From assembly GCA_964016885.1 (NCBI GenBank), contig OZ024748.1, positions 55,304,001-55,368,000 of the forward strand: a stretch of 64,000 bases of DNA, in the 5' to 3' direction. This document shows, piece by piece, positions 57,098-64,000 of this stretch. The stretch comes from Eledone cirrhosa. Taxonomy: Eukaryota. The position numbers and the translations under genes are program-made. The stretch's first letter is position 1; each line of letters begins with the position of its first letter. The notes under the pieces are model-generated. The model was given only the letters and a program-made list of their open reading frames with translations, had not been told where the DNA came from and ran no database searches.

Positions 57098-57218
57098 AAT
57101 CCTGGAGTATTTATTGACGTTGGATTTTAAAAACAAAAATGCAATCTATATGATTGCATTTTTGTTATAGATTGCATTTTTGTTTTTAAAATCCAACGTC
57201 AATAAATACTCCAGGATT
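57098..57218. repeat. 53-bp perfect inverted repeat with 15-bp spacer
   Basis: 57098-57150 is the reverse complement of 57166-57218. Confidence 0.9.
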
Positions 57219-58309
57219 ATTTCTACACTACACAGGTTAGCAGAACCCCCCCCCCCCCCCCTGCGGGTTTCTGCTAGTGTTTATAATATTGAGTATGCAA
57301 GAAATAACTTACAAGTGATTTATTAATTCATGGGCTGGAATGAATATAAGAATCTAAATATTGAGTAATTCATTGTTGAGGAAAAACTTCAAATCTGTTT
57401 ACTGAATAATATCGTCATTATATATATATATAGTAAAAATGTATGACCCCGGCGGCAGAGCTCAAGCCGTTTCGACGGGTATTTCTGGTTCCTTACCACA
57501 ACATCTTCCTTATATATATATAAAGTTATTCCGGGTTGAATCGGAGGTAACCACAGTAAGTAAGGTACTCAATACATAGGTGAGCATAACAGTTTTAATA
57601 TAAAGAGCTTCTACAGGACTAGAACTGTTTCATTCGTGTGTGATAGTGAGTATGCGTGACGAAGCCTGTGTATATATTTGTGCAAGCGATATTTTTAGAC
57701 ATATACACGCATATGTGTGGATACATAATATATATTATATATATATATATGAGTGTGTATATATATATATATATATGTGTGTGTATATATATACGTGTGT
57801 GTGTATATATATACGTGTGTGTGTGAGTATATATATATATATATATATGCACTAAAAGATGGAACAATAGGAGAGACATAAGAGAGACATAAGAGAGATA
57901 CAATGTAAGAGAGATTTTAGTAACTGGGAAAACTTGGCAATACGATAGAACGTAGTTGAAAGCTTTGTTAAAAAGTCTATTAGTAGGAATTTACCTTCTT
58001 CAAAGTAATCCTGTATTGTATGGGAAGGAACGTAAGTGATGGATATCGATCAAGTAGTTACCCTATGGGGCATACAACATTATACTACTTGATTATAGAT
58101 TCGGCTACACTTAAATACAAGACACTTACTAATACTAGGTAATTGGTGGGATCAAAAGCATTACGATCTTTAGAAGTGGTCCAGGAAATTTCTTATTTCG
58201 CTTCTCATCGAAACGTTTATCCAAATAATTGTTTAATGATTCGGGAAATTAATTTACTTGCATAGATAGGTATTCCTCGAGAAAATGACTGAAAGAAATT
58301 TACGAATGG

Positions 58310-58424
<115 letters not shown>

Positions 58425-58552
58425 GCTCTCATTTTCTTATAATCCTTCTCATTCACTTTCTCTCTTATTTGATATGTAAGTGTGTGTATATATATATATA
58501 CTTGTACAGGTATCTATTTACACACACACACACACAAGTACACATGCGTATG

Positions 58553-58585
<33 letters not shown>

Positions 58586-58659
58586 TTATATAAACAATAT
58601 TTATGTGTGTGTGTATATACAATATATATATATGCGTGTGTATATTCAATATATATATA

Positions 58660-58694
<35 letters not shown>

Positions 58695-58787
58695 GTGAGT
58701 GTGTGTATATATAATATATATATATATGTATATATATTGTATATGTATATGTATATGTATGTAAATATATATTTATGTATGTACATT

Positions 58788-58824
<37 letters not shown>

Positions 58825-58978
58825 GTATATATATATATATGTATATGTATATATACGTGTCTTTATGCATAATATATATGTATATTTATATGTATATATG
58901 CACATAAATACACCGCCACAACATACCCACGGTCCGACAGACAATATATATATATCAATATATATATATATATATATA

Positions 58979-59021
<43 letters not shown>

Positions 59022-59130
59022 GTATATATATAAATATATATATACACACATACATATACGTATATCTATAGACATACGTATGTCTATAGATATACGTATA
59101 TGTATGTGTGTATATATATATATTTATATA

Positions 59131-59174
<44 letters not shown>

Positions 59175-59297
59175 TATATACATATATATATATATATGTA
59201 TATATATAAATATATATATGTATATATATATATACATATATATATACATATATATATATATATGTATATATATGTACATATATATATATATATATAA

Positions 59298-59352
<55 letters not shown>

Positions 59353-59938
59353 TATAAATAAATATCTATATATATATACATACATATACGTATATCTATA
59401 GACATAACATGGATAATAACCCCTACATAAAATGGAAGACAATTGTACGTGCAACGAGGCATACATTCGTAGGGATATAGTTGTAATTATATAATTTCTC
59501 TTCTACTATCACTGCTCTACTTTTATTATATTTGCATTTATTGAATTATTTATTCATATATGTATGTATGTGTGTGTATATATGTGTATATATATATGTG
59601 TGTGTCTGTTTATATATATATATATGTATATATGTGTGTATATATTTTTACTGTATGTATCTATGTATATGTATGTATATATACATATATATTTGGTTTA
59701 CATGTGCGTGGGTATGTGCGCACACCTCTGTCCCTCACTCTCTCTCTCGCTCTCCGACTCTCTCCCCCCTTTCTAACACACACTCTCCCTCTCTCTCTCT
59801 CTCTCCCTATCCCCCTCTCCCCCTCTCCATCCCCCTCTCACACAGTCCCCCTCTCCATCCCTCTCTCTCTCTCAATCTCTCTCGCTCTATGCCTCTTGCA
59901 AATAGGCCTGCACAGACACACACACATTCACACACACA

Positions 59939-59989
<51 letters not shown>

Positions 59990-60038
59990 CAAAACACATA
60001 TAAACTGTACTTTTAACGCAGTCTCATGTCATTTGCGC

Positions 60039-60121
<83 letters not shown>

Positions 60122-60403
60122 TCTGTGTGTGTGTGTGTGTGTGTGTGTGCATATATTAACAAATATCTATACATATTCATATATATTATGAAGTAGTTTG
60201 AGATGTCTCTATCAACCAAATGCTTCTGGGTCAGCTCCCTTCACAGCTCCTTCTATTCCACAAGATAATAAATGATCAGGAATATATATTTACACTTTCA
60301 ATTCTCTCACCTCCTCTTTCTATTGCTCTCTTTATCTCATTCTCTTTCCATATACATCCAAAAATATCATATATATGTATATACACACACACAAACACAC
60401 ACA

Positions 60404-60483
<80 letters not shown>

Positions 60484-60793
60484 CATACATACATACATAC
60501 ATACACACACATATATATATATATACATATTTATATATACATAATATACATACACAATAGAAATAATTGTTTCTACTTTTTGGTACAAGACCAGCAAATA
60601 CCCAGTGCATTACTGGTACTTTACACGATAGAAATAATGATAGCGATGTGTATGTTGAACAATTATCTACATAATAGATGTGAATTAATGTGTGATAATA
60701 TAGCTGTCTCTGTCATATATTGATAGCTCATGTGGACCTCACTGTTCCCTCTTTTATGTGTCTGTCTATCTATCTGTCTCTCTATCTATCTAT

Positions 60794-61090
60794 AAAGGTG
60801 GGTGAATGTGGCAAAGATGGCCCGAGTGGTTGGGCCTTCTCTCTATATAAGCCTGTAGGTTGAGGAAAAAGAGGAGGAGAGGAAGGGAGTACTCACTCTT
60901 GGTGCTCCTGGAGATGAGGGTTGTACATTTTTTCGGGGTGTGTACAACCCCTGTGTAACACCTCCCCCCCCTATTGGGGATTTCAATTGTTATTTGTTGT
61001 TGTATTAATAGTTTTATTTTCACATACCTGTATGTAAACTCCCCATTTGTATTTGTCCCTTCTTTTGTGCCCTTGTGGCTAATAAAGAAA
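60794..61090 (+). mobile_element. 5'-truncated Tx1 copy 1 (sister family) in (TATC)n
   Basis: Encodes RWVNVAKMARVVGPSLYISL*, homologous to the ORF2 end RWVREARMARVNGPTLSIYL*. The 3' UTR ends CCTTGTGGCTAATAAAGAAA then (TATC)n. Confidence 0.88.
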
Positions 61091-61156
61091 TTATCTATCT
61101 ATCTATCTATCTACCTAGAAATATATCTAACTACCTATATATCTATCTATCTATAG

Positions 61157-61238
61157 TATTTTACACGTTTTTGTTGTATGTAAACTTACCCCTTTGTATT
61201 TGTCCCCTTCGTTTGTGCCTCTGTGGCTAATAAAGAAA
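61157..61238 (+). mobile_element. 5'-truncated Tx1 copy 2 (3' UTR only) in (TATC)n
   Basis: TTTTACACG..TGTATGTAAAC..TTGTCCCCTT..TGTGGCTAATAAAGAAA then (TATC)n. Confidence 0.8.
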
Positions 61239-61298
61239 CATATCTATCTATCAACCTATCTATCTACCTACATATTTATCTATCTATCTATCTATCTA

Positions 61299-61797
61299 CC
61301 TTCTTTCAAAAACGAAAGAGATGCGATTTTCCTCTGTACAGTGGCTATGGTGAAAGAGGTTATATGGTGGACTAGATTGAGAGGACTGAGGACAGATGCC
61401 TTTCTCTCCGGACAACAATTGATTCCCTTCTTTAAGTATCACTCTAGAAGGAGCATCAGAGTGGAGAGAGAGGCACTGCACCCCAGTAAATTTACTGAAA
61501 GGTGGGTGAATATGGCAAAAATGGCCCGAGTGATTGGGCCTTCTGTGTTTATAAACCTGTAGGTTAAAGAAGAGAGCAAAATGAAGAAGGCAGCACTTGC
61601 ACAGCATGCTCCTGAAGTTGAGGGTTGTTCTATCGACGGGGTATTAAACAACCCATTTGTGGCGCTTCCCCCCCTATTGGGCATTTCGATTGTTATAATT
61701 GTTTATTTCATATTTTTACACGATTGTATGTAAAATCCCCGGCATGTGTCTTTGTTTTGTCCCCTTTTCTTGTGCGCCCTTGTGGCAAATGAAGAAA
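61299..61797 (+). mobile_element. 5'-truncated Tx1 copy 3 (ORF2 C-terminus to 61562 plus 3' UTR) in (TATC)n
   Basis: PSFKNERDAIFLCTVAMVKEVIWWTRLRGL..FFKYHSRRSIRVERE..ERWVNMAKMARVIGPSVFINL* aligns without gaps to the ORF2 C-terminus. Confidence 0.9.
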
Positions 61798-62495
61798 TAT
61801 ATCTATCTATCTCTCAATTCTATCTATGTACCTCTCTGTCTATCTATCTATGGTTCAGGCATAAAAAAAAACGAAAATGATATATATATTCTTTTATGTT
61901 CTATCCCTGAACCACCATGACTTTCCTTGCATTTCGCCTTCTCTCCTACCCCCCCCCCCCCACTGAGATATGATTATATATTGATAAGAGTATTATATTG
62001 TATCTGTATTTAGAAAATGTCTCGTACATAACGTGAACATGCTCTAAAATATCTTGTAATACATTGCCTTTCTATACATTGTAATTGTCATTGTAAACAA
62101 GCCTTTAAGCCTTCCCATGATTCCACGACAGGCAACAATGTGAGAGGGATAATTGTTCAACAGAATACTACTGATATTGGATAACTTAAGACATTATATC
62201 TCTAGCATCATACGCGTAACGTTGATCACCAGAATCTTTATCAAATGTAAAAATAGTCCTATATTCAAAGCAGGAACATCAACTACAGGACCGTGGATCA
62301 TTTGGTTCCGGGCCACGGACCATTATGTAATATGAATGTTATTATTTATTGTTTTGTTAGGCAAGTGACCGACACTGACCCCTCTCAATCCATGGAGAAA
62401 TTGTCTTGTATGACATATGTGTAGACGTCTCCCAACTGGTTAGAAATATTAAGCCCCCCCCCCCATATATATGCTTGTATGTATGTGTCTATAAT

Positions 62496-62548
<53 letters not shown>

Positions 62549-63772
62549 GTATGTAAAAGGTAAACAGAAATAACAACACAATCGGTACAGTATATGGAAG
62601 GGATATATTAGGTTAACGCTTGATATAGCAGGAAGAGGGTCTTAACATTTCGGACGCTCGATTTTCTGACTAAGCATGCACTCTTGCCCTATTTTCTTTG
62701 CTTGTACCATACAATCACAACTCACCCTATCACTTCATTACTACGATGTCTAACATCATGTATGTTTGGCATAATCTACGTCATGATTATTGAATTTCCC
62801 TAGCGCAGCATTTCAAATTGATTATAGAAAGGAAAGTAGACGCTCATCTGATCGAAACAAAGAAGCTATATTTACATTGGTATTACCATTCCCAATTATA
62901 TTTACCGGTGGCAACTTGGCAGAATGAGCAACATGAAAGAAAAAAATCTTACCCATGTAGACAAGGTGCAGAAAGAAAACCTACAACGTCTGAACATGAG
63001 TCCAACAACGTAACCACTAAGCCAAACGTGTTCACAAGTTATAATTCTGCTGAATTCCGCCAGTGCAGCATTTAAAACGGATTAACACTCCCCATTTATT
63101 AGATTAATCGAAATTAATATTATTTTATTGTCTGCCATTCACTTCCCAGCAATTCATCTTCTTAAATATTTGCATTGATTTATTTTATTTTATATTTTCT
63201 TTCATTTTTCATCTCCTTCAAATTTCTATTTGATTTCCTCGAATTCATGGATTATGGCGATATCCTTTGAATATCAATTGTATAAATCCTCTCAACGGTA
63301 TTATATCCTATTACTATCGATTTTTATCAAAGTTCTCCATGGCGTTTGTCATCTGTTAGATTCATATCTTTAAAACGGGTTTAATGTTGTTAAATTCTGT
63401 TAATAATTGTTTCTCTAAACTGTTTCAATGTTGTTCTAATCTGTTAATGTCCTATTTCTTCCGATTCACTCTTTTATTTATTTATTTCTATTGGAAAATC
63501 TCTCCCTATGGTGTACGGTATCAGTTTGATATCACAAAACAAATTATTTCTATTTGATTTGGGATATCTTTATTCGAAACGTGATCAAAAGCTTAAATTA
63601 GTGTTTAGTATGAATCTTCATACACATATATATATACAAAAGTATATATATATATATATATATATATCAAATATATATATATATATATGTGTGTGTCGGT
63701 ATGTTGGAGTGTGTATATATAATTGTATGTTGGGGTGTATATATATATATATATATATATGATTGTATGTTG

Positions 63773-63834
<62 letters not shown>

Positions 63835-64000
63835 CAACATACAATCATATATATATGTGTGTGTGTATGCGTAGGCGTAGGCGTGTGTATGCATGCTAAG
63901 ATATATATACGTAAATATAAACATACCATGCATGAGTGGGTATATAAACACTATATCCACATACATATATACATATTACTTTCTCTCTATTACGAGTATT

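Overview
This is AT-rich eukaryotic non-genic DNA (intergenic or large-intron type) with no recognisable host exon. The SINE types and extreme (TA)n/(CA)n density suggest an octopus/coleoid cephalopod genome (inference). Almost all ORF-track entries are translations of microsatellites. The real content is mobile DNA. (1) An intact 6.0-kb Tx1-clade LINE (28896-34920) with ORF1 (CCHC knuckle) and ORF2 (APE-RT-zinc finger) sits inside an (ATT)n microsatellite. (2) Three 5'-truncated, head-to-tail copies of a sister Tx1 family are stacked in a (TATC)n microsatellite (60794-61797); the two families share a 3' UTR hairpin and motifs. (3) Four complete minimal type-I hammerhead ribozyme motifs with unrelated flanks (12763, 18602, 39222, 57036), plus several decayed or variant ones, each lie 35-140 nt upstream of a (TA)n tract and are often in inverted duplications, as expected for Penelope-like pseudo-LTRs. 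(4) RTE, CR1 and CRE (RLE domain) LINE fragments, about 10 Meta-domain tRNA-SINEs, hAT MITEs with 8-bp TSDs and a non-autonomous Helitron. The recurring theme is a set of retroelements that appear to partition different microsatellites as landing sites.
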